Part shown: piece by piece, positions 18,378-28,141 of the stretch
Layout: the number at the start of each line of letters is the position of its first letter
Position numbering within the stretch: the stretch's first letter is position 1
DNA from: an uncultured Spirochaetota bacterium
GTDB lineage: Bacteria > Spirochaetota > Spirochaetia > SZUA-6 > Fen-1364
Length of the DNA stretch: 64,000 nucleotides
Assembly (NCBI GenBank): GCA_963820525.1
Contig: CAWGAA010000002.1
Coordinates: forward strand, 654,535-718,534
Direction: 5' to 3'
The notes under the pieces: generated by a model
The model's database searches: none
Seen by the model: the letters and a program-made list of their open reading frames with translations, nothing else
Told to the model about the DNA's origin: nothing
Made by a program: the position numbers and the translations under genes

Positions 18378-20021
18378 ATGAAGCAAAAGGTGACTATTTT
18401 TCTCGTTTTTTTAGCGCTTGCTGGTTGCATGGCATCCAGCGCGCCCGGTCAAAAGACGGAAGCTGCGCCAACCGGCACCACCATCGCGTCCGGCGCTCCT
18501 CTCGGCCGGCTTGCCGCCTTTACCGCCGCGGCCGGGGATCCTCCGCTTTCTGGCGGAGCGCCTATGGGGCTTATTGTCGGGGTGCAGCTTGAGTTTTTCG
18601 CGGGCATGCTGGCCATGCTGTTCGCGATCGGGCTCGCCGTCCTTTTCGCGCGGAGGAAATCGACGGCCATGCTGAATCTCTCACTCGCCCTTTTCGCCGC
18701 GGCGCTCGGGGAGCTGTCCCCCGTGTTTCTTTCTCCTCTCCTCCCGTTCCCCATCCTGGCAAAGATATCAGCAGTCCTCGGCTCCCTTTCGGCGATTTTC
18801 CTGGCGTCTTTCGGCCTGCAGCACTACAAGAGATCCTCCCTGCGGCTGTATCTCTCCCTTGCTTCCCCCCTGGCCGCTATTGCCGTTCTGATCCTTTTCG
18901 TTGGAAACCCGATCGCGATCCTCTTGGCGGAGGCGGTTCAGCGTGCAATCCTGGCCCTGGCGTTCGGCCTGCTTGCCATCATCGGCCTTCGCCTGGCGCG
19001 GCAGGGCGAGCTCTCGGAGAAGGCTCTTCCCGTGCTTTTTCTCCTGCTCTTCCTCTCCGACGCCTATCTGGCGGCCTCGGGAGCCTTTTTCCCGGCGCAT
19101 GCCCCTCTCACGGTCCTCCCCAATCTCACCCTCGCCTTCTGGGCGGGGATCTTCCTCTTCCTCGAGCTTCTCCGCTCGCGGGAGACATTCACCAGGGTGA
19201 GCGAAGAGCTCAGGCAGCGCATAGAGCTGGATAACGATATGGCGGAGCGCATCCGCGGCGGCAAGGGCCTGATGGAGAAGCGCAACGGCGAGATCATAAA
19301 CCTGTCCGGCAAGCTCCTTGAAAGCGCCCAGAAGCAGGCATTCACGATCGGCCAGCTCATCGTCTCCATCGAGAAGGGGGGAAACGCGGAGTCTCAGGTT
19401 GTCGCCAAGGAGAAGGATATCCTCGCTCGGACGGGAAAGGTGGATGGGCTTATCACGAGCTTCAACGTCCAGATCCAGGAAACTTTGCGCGAAATGGAAG
19501 AGCTGTACCAGAGATCGATCGTCATCAAGAAGGCCGTGAACCAGATCATCGGGATCGCGGAAAAGACTCACCTGCTCTCCCTGAATGCCTCAATCGAAGC
19601 CTCCAAGGCCGGCGAGGCGGGCAAGGGCTTTTCAGTGGTCGCGCATGAGATCAGGAAGCTTGCCGACCTCACCCGTACGGTTTCCGACAACGTCGCCGCC
19701 GTCATCAAGGAGACCAACAAGGGAGTGGAGAAGGGCGTGGCGAGGATCAAGGGGCTCGGGGCCGGCTTCTCGGAGATCGTGAACGCCAGCGAGGAGATCC
19801 GCACGATGATCTCGGACAATTCCAAGGCCCTGGAGGAGATGACCCGCGCCCACCGGGAGATCCAGGCCGGCCTGGCGGGGGTGGATCAGCTCATACGATC
19901 GATTCTCGAAGTGTCCCACGACCTTCGACTGATGACGGACCGCCTGGCCACCGCCTTCTCATGGTTCGACGAGACGCTGAAGCTCAAGGATGGCGCCGCG
20001 ACGCCCTTCGAGTCGCTCTAG
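18378..20021 (+). CDS. methyl-accepting chemotaxis protein with multi-TM sensor region
   Basis: IAEKTHLLSLNASIEASKAGEAGKGFSVVAHEIRKLA signalling hairpin; ~7 hydrophobic segments; SD AAGGAG. Confidence 0.88.
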   Translation: MKQKVTIFLVFLALAGCMASSAPGQKTEAAPTGTTIASGAPLGRLAAFTAAAGDPPLSGGAPMGLIVGVQLEFFAGMLAMLFAIGLAVLFARRKSTAMLNLSLALFAAALGELSPVFLSPLLPFPILAKISAVLGSLSAIFLASFGLQHYKRSSLRLYLSLASPLAAIAVLILFVGNPIAILLAEAVQRAILALAFGLLAIIGLRLARQGELSEKALPVLFLLLFLSDAYLAASGAFFPAHAPLTVLPNLTLAFWAGIFLFLELLRSRETFTRVSEELRQRIELDNDMAERIRGGKGLMEKRNGEIINLSGKLLESAQKQAFTIGQLIVSIEKGGNAESQVVAKEKDILARTGKVDGLITSFNVQIQETLREMEELYQRSIVIKKAVNQIIGIAEKTHLLSLNASIEASKAGEAGKGFSVVAHEIRKLADLTRTVSDNVAAVIKETNKGVEKGVARIKGLGAGFSEIVNASEEIRTMISDNSKALEEMTRAHREIQAGLAGVDQLIRSILEVSHDLRLMTDRLATAFSWFDETLKLKDGAATPFESL

Positions 20022-20089
20022 AGCGGCAAGCCGCGGCCGGACTGGGGCCTGCTCAGGTCCCGCGGGCCGCCTCCCGGAGCGGAGGACCC

Positions 20090-20509
20090 TCAGCCGCCTA
20101 CGAGGCACAGCCATTCGGCTTCCGCCGCCAGCTCCTCGCCCACGTACGCCTTGCCCGCCTGCCGGAGCATTTTAGGGCTCACCCGGAGGTTCGTGATCAC
20201 CATCCTCACTTCATCCCCCGGCTTCACCTGCCTGCGGAACTTGACCTTGTCCACCGTCGCGAGAAAGAACAGGGCGTTCCCGCCCGAAGAGGCATCCATC
20301 TCGCGGATTCCCGCCCCTCCGCACTGGGCCATTGTTTCCACGAGGATGACCCCCGGCACGACGGGATAGCCGGGGAAGTGGCCGGAGAAAAAGAAATCCT
20401 TGTCCGTGAACTTCCTGTAACCGACGATCTCTTCCTTATCAGCCTTTTCGATCCTATCCACGAAGAGGAAGGGCTCCCGATGGGGGAGAAGGGATTTGAT
20501 ATCTTTCAT
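20090..20509 (-). CDS. fabZ: 3-hydroxyacyl-ACP dehydratase
   Basis: LPHREPFLFVD, FFSGHFPGYPVVPGVILVE. Confidence 0.95.
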   Translation of the reverse strand: MKDIKSLLPHREPFLFVDRIEKADKEEIVGYRKFTDKDFFFSGHFPGYPVVPGVILVETMAQCGGAGIREMDASSGGNALFFLATVDKVKFRRQVKPGDEVRMVITNLRVSPKMLRQAGKAYVGEELAAEAEWLCLVGG

Positions 20510-20570
20510 GGGGCGGAGAGTAACATGGGAGCGCGCACCAGGGAAAGGCCGCGGCCTGAGGAGGCCTCAA

Positions 20571-20599
20571 TTGACACTGAAATGGTTCTATGGTAATTT
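20571..20599 (+). promoter_or_regulatory. sigma70 promoter of accBCDA (divergent from fabZ)
   Basis: TTGACA-17 bp-TAATTT with extended -10 TG. Confidence 0.65.
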
Positions 20600-20686
20600 C
20601 CGACAAAATTAGTAGGATTCCGGCAGGTCTTGGGATAGACAACGAAACCGCCGCTCAGGGCTATAAGAAAGCAGAAGGATGAAACG

Positions 20687-21166
20687 ATGGATCTCAAGGA
20701 ACTACAGACAATCATGGAAATGTTCGAGAAAAGCGGACTCTCCGAGATGACGCTAAAAAGAGACAAAGAGGAGATCTGCCTCAAGAAGCCTTTGCCCGGC
20801 TCTCAGCCCGTGACCTACATCGGCACGGTTCCCAGCCTCATCGCACCGGTTCCTCAGCCGGCTCATGCGGCGGGGAACGCCCCCGCACCCTCCGCTCAGC
20901 AGCCTGTTGTCGCCGCCGCCTCCGACGCGGAGGTGATCCGCGCTCCGCTTGTGGGAACCTTCTACAGGGCTCCGGCTCCCGACGCCGCCCCCTTCGTTGA
21001 AAAAGGGGACACGGTGAAAAAGGGCCAGACGCTCTGCATCCTGGAGGCCATGAAGCTCATGAACGAGTTCCAGGCCGAGTTCGACCTTGTGGTGGTCAAC
21101 ATCATGGTTGAGAACGGCAAGATGGTGGAGTTCGGCGCTCCGCTGTTCGAGGTGCGCAGGGTATGA
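20687..21166 (+). CDS. accB: acetyl-CoA carboxylase biotin carboxyl carrier protein
   Basis: EAMKLMNE biotinylation motif, PLVGTFY, Pro/Ala linker. Confidence 0.95.
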   Translation: MDLKELQTIMEMFEKSGLSEMTLKRDKEEICLKKPLPGSQPVTYIGTVPSLIAPVPQPAHAAGNAPAPSAQQPVVAAASDAEVIRAPLVGTFYRAPAPDAAPFVEKGDTVKKGQTLCILEAMKLMNEFQAEFDLVVVNIMVENGKMVEFGAPLFEVRRV

Positions 21167-22484
21167 TCCAGAGCCTGCTCATCGCCAACCGCGGTGAGAT
21201 CGCCGTCCGGGTCATCCGCACCTGTCGAGAGATGGGGATCCGCACGGTCATCGCCTATTCCCAGGCCGATAGGGACTCGATGCCCGTCAGGATGGCGGAC
21301 GAGCGGGTGTGCGTCGGGCCGCCCCCCGCGCGGGACAGCTATCTCAATGTGAGAAACCTGGTTACTGCCGGCGTTCTTTCCGGATGCGATGCCCTGCACC
21401 CCGGGGTTGGCTTCCTCGCTGAGAACTCCGGCTTCGCGCGCGAGGTGAGGGAAGCCGGCCTGATCTGGGTGGGGCCGGACCCGGAAGTGATCGATCTCCT
21501 CGGCGACAAGATCCGCGCCAAGCAATCCGCCCAGGAGCTTTCCATACCGGTCATCCCGGGAAGCGAGGGCTCCGTCGGCAACTTCGACGAGGCGCTGGAA
21601 GCGGCCAAGGGCATCGGCTTCCCCGTCATCGTGAAGGCCGCGGCGGGCGGGGGCGGCAAGGGCATGCGGATCGTGCGCGACCAGGCTGAGCTTTCAGACA
21701 TCCTGAAGATCGCGGCGCACGAGGCGGAGAGGGCTTTCTCGGACGGCACCCTCTACATGGAAAAGTACATGGAGAACCCCCGCCACGTGGAGATCCAGAT
21801 CGTCGCGGACGCCAAGGGAAATGTCGTTCACCTGGGTGAGCGCGATTGCACGGTCCAGCAGAACCATCAGAAGCTCATCGAGGAAAGCCCGTCTCCCGCC
21901 GTGAGTCCGGACCTCCGCGCCCGCATGGGAGAGGATGCCGTACGCCTCCTGCGCGGGCTGGGCTACACGGGGGCGGGAACGGTGGAGTTCCTCGTCAAGG
22001 ATGGAAGCCACTATTTCATGGAGGTCAACGCCCGCGTCCAGGTAGAGCATCCAGTGTCCGAGATGGTGACGGGAGTTGATATCATCCGGCAGCAGCTTCT
22101 CGCCGCGGGGGGGAAGGCCTCGATATCGCCCAGGAGGATATCCGCCTCGGAGCGTACGCCGTCGAGGCACGGATCAATGCCAAGTCGGCGGGCAAGGTCA
22201 CGGCCTTCATCCCCCCCGGGGGGTTCGGCGTCCGGGTCGATACCTTCCTCTACGCCGGCTACACGGTCCCTCCCTATTACGATCACCTCGTGGCAAAGCT
22301 CATCGTGGCGGGAAAGAGCCGGGCGGAGGGGCTCACGCGCATGTCGCGCGCCCTCTCCGAGTTCGTGATCGAGGGGATTGCCACGAACATCGCGATGCAG
22401 CAGAAGATCGTGGACCACCCGACGTTTCGCAAGGGAGTGTATGGGACCGGGTTTTTCGCCGAGATGCTCAAGGAGGGAAGCTAA
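21163..22484 (+). CDS. accC: biotin carboxylase; apparent frameshift (one G missing) in the G7 run at 22107-22113
   Basis: ANRGEIA, GGGGKG, MEVNARVQVEH. Adding one G restores ...EARINA...RVDT...PPYYD.LVAKLIV...GTGF to stop 22484. Confidence 0.9.
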
Positions 22485-22485
22485 A

Positions 22486-23358
22486 GTGATCGAGTTCAGA
22501 AGGATAGAGGGATGGATTCGAGGGCTCATCGAGCATCCCGTCACCCTCCGCAGGACAAAGGACGAGAGGAGCTTCGTGAGCCAGAAGCACTCCTGCCCCT
22601 CCTGCCAGCGCCATCTCTCCGGCGAGGAGCTGGAGGAGACGCTCTTCGTGTGCCCGCACTGCAGCCACCATTTCCGTCTCACGGCATGGGAGCGGATCCG
22701 CTACACGGCGGACGAGGGAGTCTTCCAGGAGTTTTCTTCCGAGATCGAGAGCATGAATCCGCTGGCGTTCCCCGAGTACGAGGAGAAGCTCGCCTCGGCA
22801 AAGTCGAAGACGGGAATCACGGAAGCCGTGGTTTGCGGGCTGTGCAAGATCAACGGGAGGGAAGTCGTCCTGGCGGTGATGGATTTCCGCTTCATCGGCG
22901 GGAGCATGGGCTCCGTGGTGGGAGAGAAGATCATGCGGGCGATGCTCGTCGGCGCCGAAAAGCGGGCCCCCGTGATCGTTTTTACCGCCTCGGGCGGAGC
23001 GCGCATGCAGGAGGGGATCCTCTCCCTCATGCAGATGGCCAAGACATCCGTGGCCACCCAGGCCCTCGAGAACAAGCACTGCCCGTACTTCGTGGTCCTC
23101 ACGGATCCCACCACGGCGGGAGTGCTCGCCTCCTTTGCGATGCTGGGAGACGTGATCCTGGCCGAGCCGGGGGCGCTGATGAGATTCACCGGGCCGAGGG
23201 TGGTGGCGGGAACGATCAAGGAAAAAGTGCCGGAGAATTTTCCCCTTTCGGAGTTTCATCAGGAAAGGGGCTTTGTGGACCTCGTCGTGGGACGGCAGGA
23301 GCTGAAGAAGGCCCTCTCGTTCCTTATTGAAACGCACAGAGGCCGCGAGAGGGGGTGA
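22486..23358 (+). CDS. accD: acetyl-CoA carboxylase carboxyltransferase beta subunit
   Basis: CPSC...CPHC zinc finger, GGSMGSVVGEK, SGGARMQEG; GTG start after SD AGGAGG. Confidence 0.93.
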   Translation: MIEFRRIEGWIRGLIEHPVTLRRTKDERSFVSQKHSCPSCQRHLSGEELEETLFVCPHCSHHFRLTAWERIRYTADEGVFQEFSSEIESMNPLAFPEYEEKLASAKSKTGITEAVVCGLCKINGREVVLAVMDFRFIGGSMGSVVGEKIMRAMLVGAEKRAPVIVFTASGGARMQEGILSLMQMAKTSVATQALENKHCPYFVVLTDPTTAGVLASFAMLGDVILAEPGALMRFTGPRVVAGTIKEKVPENFPLSEFHQERGFVDLVVGRQELKKALSFLIETHRGRERG

Positions 23359-23360
23359 CA

Positions 23361-24326
23361 GTGAGCCAGGATTCGATTCGCGCCAAGCTGGCGGAGCTGC
23401 GGGAGCTGGCCGACAGCTCCAGCATCGACATTTCCCGGGAGATCGAGGAGCTGGAGCGCAAGCTCGACATCAGCGGGCCCTCCAATGAGGCCTGGAAGAG
23501 GGTACAGCTGGCCAGGCATCCGTCCCGGCCGAACACCCTCGAGTACGCCAAGCTGCTCTTCGATGATTTTCTCGAGCTCCACGGCGACCGCGGCTTCGCC
23601 GACGACCCCGCCATGGTGGGCGGCATCGCAATGTATGGCGGCCTTCCCGTGACCTTCATCGGCCACCAGAAGGGCAAGAACATGAAGGACAACCTCAAGC
23701 GAAACTTCGGCATGGCGCACCCCGAAGGATACAGGAAGGCCCTTCGACTGGCCCGGCAGGCTGAAAAATTCGGCAGGCCAATCTTTACGTTCATCGACAC
23801 CCCGGGCGCCTATCCCGGCGTTGCGGCGGAGGAGCGGGGAGTCAGCCAGGCCATCGCGGAGAACATGAAGGTTTTCTCCATCCTGCGGGTTCCGATAATC
23901 GTCACCATCCTCGGCGAAGGAGGATCGGGAGGGGCAATCGGGATCGGGGTGGGAAATACCGTATTAATGATGGAAAACGCGTATTACTCCGTCATAACGC
24001 CGGAGGGCTGCGCCTCGATCCTCCTTCGAGATTCCAGCAGGGCGAGCTATTCGGCGGCGCTTCTCAAGCTCACGCCGAAGGACCTGCTCGCGCTGAAGGT
24101 TATCGACAGGATAGTGCCGGAGCCGGGCGGTGGAGCCCAGGAGGATCCCGTCTCCGCGGCATCCGCTCTGAAGGCGGCGATATCCGAGAGCCTGGCGGAG
24201 CTTTCCAAGAAGACCGTGGAAACGCTGATCGCTGAAAGGCAGGCCAAGTTCCTCAGCATGGGCGTCTTCCAGGAGAAGGAGCCCGAGCGCAGGGGCTTGC
24301 TGCAGAGACTGAGGGATTTCTTCTAG
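23361..24326 (+). CDS. accA: acetyl-CoA carboxylase carboxyltransferase alpha subunit
   Basis: ARHPSRP, PEGYRKALR, DTPGAYPG, GEGGSGGA; alternative GTG start at 23355. Confidence 0.93.
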   Translation: MSQDSIRAKLAELRELADSSSIDISREIEELERKLDISGPSNEAWKRVQLARHPSRPNTLEYAKLLFDDFLELHGDRGFADDPAMVGGIAMYGGLPVTFIGHQKGKNMKDNLKRNFGMAHPEGYRKALRLARQAEKFGRPIFTFIDTPGAYPGVAAEERGVSQAIAENMKVFSILRVPIIVTILGEGGSGGAIGIGVGNTVLMMENAYYSVITPEGCASILLRDSSRASYSAALLKLTPKDLLALKVIDRIVPEPGGGAQEDPVSAASALKAAISESLAELSKKTVETLIAERQAKFLSMGVFQEKEPERRGLLQRLRDFF

Positions 24327-24363
24327 GCCTAGCGTGTCGCGCAAAGCGGCAGCCGCTTGCGCT

Positions 24364-25561
24364 CTATATTATTCCCGCCTTCTTTCCCGTTTTTCCCGCA
24401 ACCTCGAGGATCTTGTCGAGATCGTCATCGGTATGGATGGCCATGTACGAGGTTCGGATGAGGCAGCTGTCGGGCGGAACGGCCGGGCTCAAGACGGGGT
24501 TCGTGAATACCCCGCCCTCGAAGAGGGCCCACCAGAACATGATCGTTTTTTCCATGTCTCCAATGATGAGCGGCACGATGGGGGTTTCTGACGGTCCCGA
24601 CGTTGAAGCCGAGGGACTTGAAACCCTTCACCATCTTGCGGCCTATCGCCTGGAGCCGGTGAACCCGCTCGGGCTCCTTCTCGATGATGTCCAGCGCGGC
24701 GGCGACGGAGGCGATTGTGGCGGGAGGCATGCTGGCCGCGAAGATCAACGGCCGGGAGAAGTGCTTGATGTACTCGATCACCTCGTTATCCCCGGCGAGA
24801 AACCCTCCCAGGGCGCCGAAGGACTTGGAAAAGGTGCACATCACGATGTCGGCCAGGGCCGTGCCGCTGTAGTACTCCTCCGTGCCCCGGCCCGTATCGC
24901 CGATCACCCCGATGGCGTGCGCGTCATCGAGATAGAGCCGCGCCTTGTACTTGTCGCACAGCTCGCGGAGGGTGGGAAGCTTGGCGATATCGCCCTCCAT
25001 GCTGAACACCCCGTCGGTGACAACCAGCTTCGGCTCGTCATCCGGCACGCCGGAGAGGAACTTCTCAAGGCTGGCGGGGTTGTTGTGCGTGTAGCGGTGT
25101 ACGCGGATGTTCCCCCGCAGCCCCGTGGAGAGGAAAATGCCGTCCATGATCGAAGCGTGATTGAGCTTGTCCGTGAAGACGTGCTCGCCCTTGCCCAGCA
25201 ATGCCGAAATACCCCCGAGGTTTGTCTGATAGCCCGTCGTGAAGCAGAGGGCCCGCTTCTTGCCCACGAAATGCGCAAGCCTGCCTTCGAGCTCCTCGTG
25301 GAGGGCGAGGGTCCCGTTCAGGAACCGGGAGCCCGAGCAGCTCGTTCCCCATTTCCGGGTCGCGGCAATGGCGGCTTCGATGACGCGGGGGTCCCAGGAA
25401 AGGCCGAGGTAGTTGTTCGACCCCGCCATGATGAGCTCCCTGCCCTTCATGACGACGCGAGTCCCGCGGCTTTCTTCTATTGGTATGAAGTAGGGGTACA
25501 GCCCCTTCTCCTGGACTTCCTTCGCCTCGCGCCATTCGTAGCATTTCTGGAAAATATCCAA
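24364..25561 (-). CDS. alpha-oxoamine synthase, serine palmitoyltransferase-like (AONS/KBL family); frameshift (one extra G) near 24596-24598
   Basis: TTG start after AAGGAGG; GLYPYF, GSNNYLGL, GSRFLNGT, DGVFSMEGD, DDAH, TFSKSFG (PLP Lys). Removing one G joins GFNVG-PSETPIVPLIIG to the C-terminal ORF 24364-24576. Confidence 0.82.
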
Positions 25562-25650
25562 AGCGCCCTCCTTGTTATGGGGTGTGGGTTCGGAAACAGG
25601 CGCTACAGTAATACTACGGGAAAGCGCGCTTTGTAAAGAAGAGCAGCCTT

Positions 25651-26190
25651 TTAATTCGCCTTGAGGAGCGTCTCGAAGAGGGCGAGGGTTTCCGGCGTGT
25701 CCCAATCCCTCCCGCCGACGGCGCGCCCGAGGATGCTTCCATCCTTGGCCACGATGTAGGTGACGGGGATTGCCTGGGCCCCGTAGGTTTGTCCAATCTC
25801 TCCCGTGGCGTCAAGAAGCACGGTAACGTCCATCTTGTTCGATTTCACGAAATCCGCGACCTTTGCCGTGTCTTCGGCAACGTCGACGGCGAGAACACGC
25901 AGGCCCTTCGCCTTGAGTTTTCCATAGAAGCTCTCCAGGGAAGGGATTTCTGCCCTGCACGGAGGGCACCAGGTGGCCCAGAAGTTGAGGAGAACCACGG
26001 ACCCGCGAAGTGAGCTGAGCTTCACCGCGCCGCCGTCGAGGCCCGGAAGCTGGAAGTCGGTCGAATCGATCCTGGACTTCGGAAGCTGGAAGCCGGCCTT
26101 CGCAAGCGTCGCGGAGATATCCGTTGCCGATTGCGCCGACGCAAAGGCCAGAGGCACGGTCATCACAAGGGCCAACATTAGCTTTCGCAT
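25651..26190 (-). CDS. TlpA/ResA-family thiol:disulfide oxidoreductase (exported)
   Basis: Signal peptide, LLNFWATWCPPC, IPVT. Confidence 0.9.
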   Translation of the reverse strand: MRKLMLALVMTVPLAFASAQSATDISATLAKAGFQLPKSRIDSTDFQLPGLDGGAVKLSSLRGSVVLLNFWATWCPPCRAEIPSLESFYGKLKAKGLRVLAVDVAEDTAKVADFVKSNKMDVTVLLDATGEIGQTYGAQAIPVTYIVAKDGSILGRAVGGRDWDTPETLALFETLLKAN

Positions 26191-26231
26191 ATATAGTCTC
26201 CCCGTTACTTCTCCATTAACGTACAAATTTC

Positions 26232-26921
26232 TCATGTCCTTGGCAACAGGTCCGTGCCGAAGAGGCTCACGCAGAAGACCGTGAAGTTGTACAAGGCATG
26301 GGCGATGGCGACAACGTGGAGATTTTTCACCCTCAGGAAGACAATGGCGAGATAGATGCCCTGGATCGCGGTTACCGCGATGCCCGCGATTCCTTCATAG
26401 ATGTGGCCGCTTGCGAAGAGAAGCGCCGTGGCCGCAACCGAGAGGGCGGCCGGAACCCCGAGCTGATCCATGCGCGTGAGCAGGTATGCGCGGAAAAAAA
26501 GCTCCTCCCTGTAGCCGGCCACCAGGCCAATCGCAAGGGCGAGGGGGAGCTGGGATGCCCGCTGTATGCCCCACCTGTACCCGCCGGTAAGAGCCTCACG
26601 GAAGGCGGGGGGAAGGGAGAGCGCGAGAAAGAATATCGGAACCAGGATGGCAAAAATCCCGAGGTACGCGGCGAGAATGCGCATCGGATCCTGTTTCGTG
26701 AAGCCGACGACGCCGAAATCCGCCAGTTTCGGCTCTCCCTGGATGCCGATGATGTAGAGCGTGAGCAGGATCTGGGGAATCCCCACGACTATGTAGGAAA
26801 TCGATACGGCATTGAAGTTGGCCAGCCTCGCGCCGAGATTCTCGGCCTGGCTCACGTAGCCGGAGAGGAAAAAAGTGCAAAAAAGGAGGGCCATTTCCAG
26901 GATGAGCCGGTTTCTCTTCAT
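26232..26921 (-). CDS. CPBP (CAAX/Abi) intramembrane metalloprotease
   Basis: EELFFR, FASGH, HALYN; multiple TM segments. Confidence 0.88.
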   Translation of the reverse strand: MKRNRLILEMALLFCTFFLSGYVSQAENLGARLANFNAVSISYIVVGIPQILLTLYIIGIQGEPKLADFGVVGFTKQDPMRILAAYLGIFAILVPIFFLALSLPPAFREALTGGYRWGIQRASQLPLALAIGLVAGYREELFFRAYLLTRMDQLGVPAALSVAATALLFASGHIYEGIAGIAVTAIQGIYLAIVFLRVKNLHVVAIAHALYNFTVFCVSLFGTDLLPRT

Positions 26922-26986
26922 CGATTAAATTTCCTCCGGTTGCTATGGAATTATAGGGTTTTCTGTTCGATAATTATAGCAGCGAC

Positions 26987-28066
26987 ATGATAATAGGGAT
27001 CATCCTTCTCGTCATAGTCTTTCTGGCGCTCCTCAGCGTCCTCCTCCTGCGCAGGGCGGGAGGGGGTCGTTTCCCCTGGATGCAGTTCTACCTCAAGGGA
27101 AGGGAATCGGGTTTCACCTTCCGCGAGATCAACCTCCTGCGCCGGGTTGCCGTGGAGGCCAAGCTGGAGAACCCGACCGCGCTCTTCTGGTCCATCAAGC
27201 AGCTGGACCGGTCCATGAAGGGAATCATCATCAAGTACCGGTCCCGCGATCAGGAGCAGAATCCCGAGTACAATACGCTTCTCGCCAAGCTCTTCGACCT
27301 TCGAAAACGCGTCGAATTCGATTTACCCAAATATCGCATGGGGATCAAGTCTTCGCGCAAGCTCACCAAAGGACAACGGATCCGCGTCACGCTGCCGGGA
27401 CTGGGCCCCTTCAATTCGATGGTCGTGGAGAATCTGCCCCGCTACATGGCCTGCTCCCATCCCCAGGGACCGAAGCTTCCGCTGGGCTTCTCCTGGAAGA
27501 ACCAGAAGATCGGCATCTACTTCTGGCGTCCCGAGGACGCTGGCTACTACTTCCAGGCCAAGGTGCTGGATGATTTCATCGACAAGCAATACCCCATCCT
27601 CCACATTCTCCACTCGGACAACCTCATCAGGAGCCAGAAGCGGCAGTCGATCAGGGTCGAGACCGATTTGCCGGCGGAGCTCTACCCCCTGCGCAGCATC
27701 GACGAGGCCAACGAGGAGACGGAGCACGCCCGGGGCCTGCGGTGCCGCATCGCGGACCTCTCCGAGGGCGGGGCCGCGATCCTCATCGGCGGAAAGGCGA
27801 AGGTCGGGCTCCCAATAAAGTTCCAGTTCACGATCACGGAGAGCCTCATCGTCATGGCGGGGGTGGTGAAGGGGGTGAACTTCGAACAGAAGAGAAACCG
27901 CTCCCTGGTCCACGTGCAGGCGCTCCCTCCGTCCATCGGGGTGAGAAACCGGCTGCTCATCTACGTCTACAACCTCTTCGCCGAACGCGAAACCCTCGTG
28001 CTGAAGAAGCCGCCCGCGCCTCCCAAGCCTCTGGGAACCAGGGACTCGACCATCGATTTGAAGTGA
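26987..28066 (+). CDS. membrane-anchored PilZ-domain (YcgR-like) c-di-GMP receptor
   Basis: N-terminal TM; QKRQSIR (RxxxR) and DLSEGG (DxSxxG). Confidence 0.82.
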   Translation: MIIGIILLVIVFLALLSVLLLRRAGGGRFPWMQFYLKGRESGFTFREINLLRRVAVEAKLENPTALFWSIKQLDRSMKGIIIKYRSRDQEQNPEYNTLLAKLFDLRKRVEFDLPKYRMGIKSSRKLTKGQRIRVTLPGLGPFNSMVVENLPRYMACSHPQGPKLPLGFSWKNQKIGIYFWRPEDAGYYFQAKVLDDFIDKQYPILHILHSDNLIRSQKRQSIRVETDLPAELYPLRSIDEANEETEHARGLRCRIADLSEGGAAILIGGKAKVGLPIKFQFTITESLIVMAGVVKGVNFEQKRNRSLVHVQALPPSIGVRNRLLIYVYNLFAERETLVLKKPPAPPKPLGTRDSTIDLK

Positions 28067-28074
28067 CGCGCGGC

Positions 28075-28103
28075 TTGAAATCGAGCCCGACTCCCTGTAC
28101 GAT
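28075..28103 (+). promoter_or_regulatory. sigma70 promoter
   Basis: TTGAAA-17 bp-TACGAT upstream of the HEAT-repeat gene. Confidence 0.55.
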
Positions 28104-28141
28104 GGGGAGTACACGCATCCCGCGCCAGGAGGATTAGGGGA

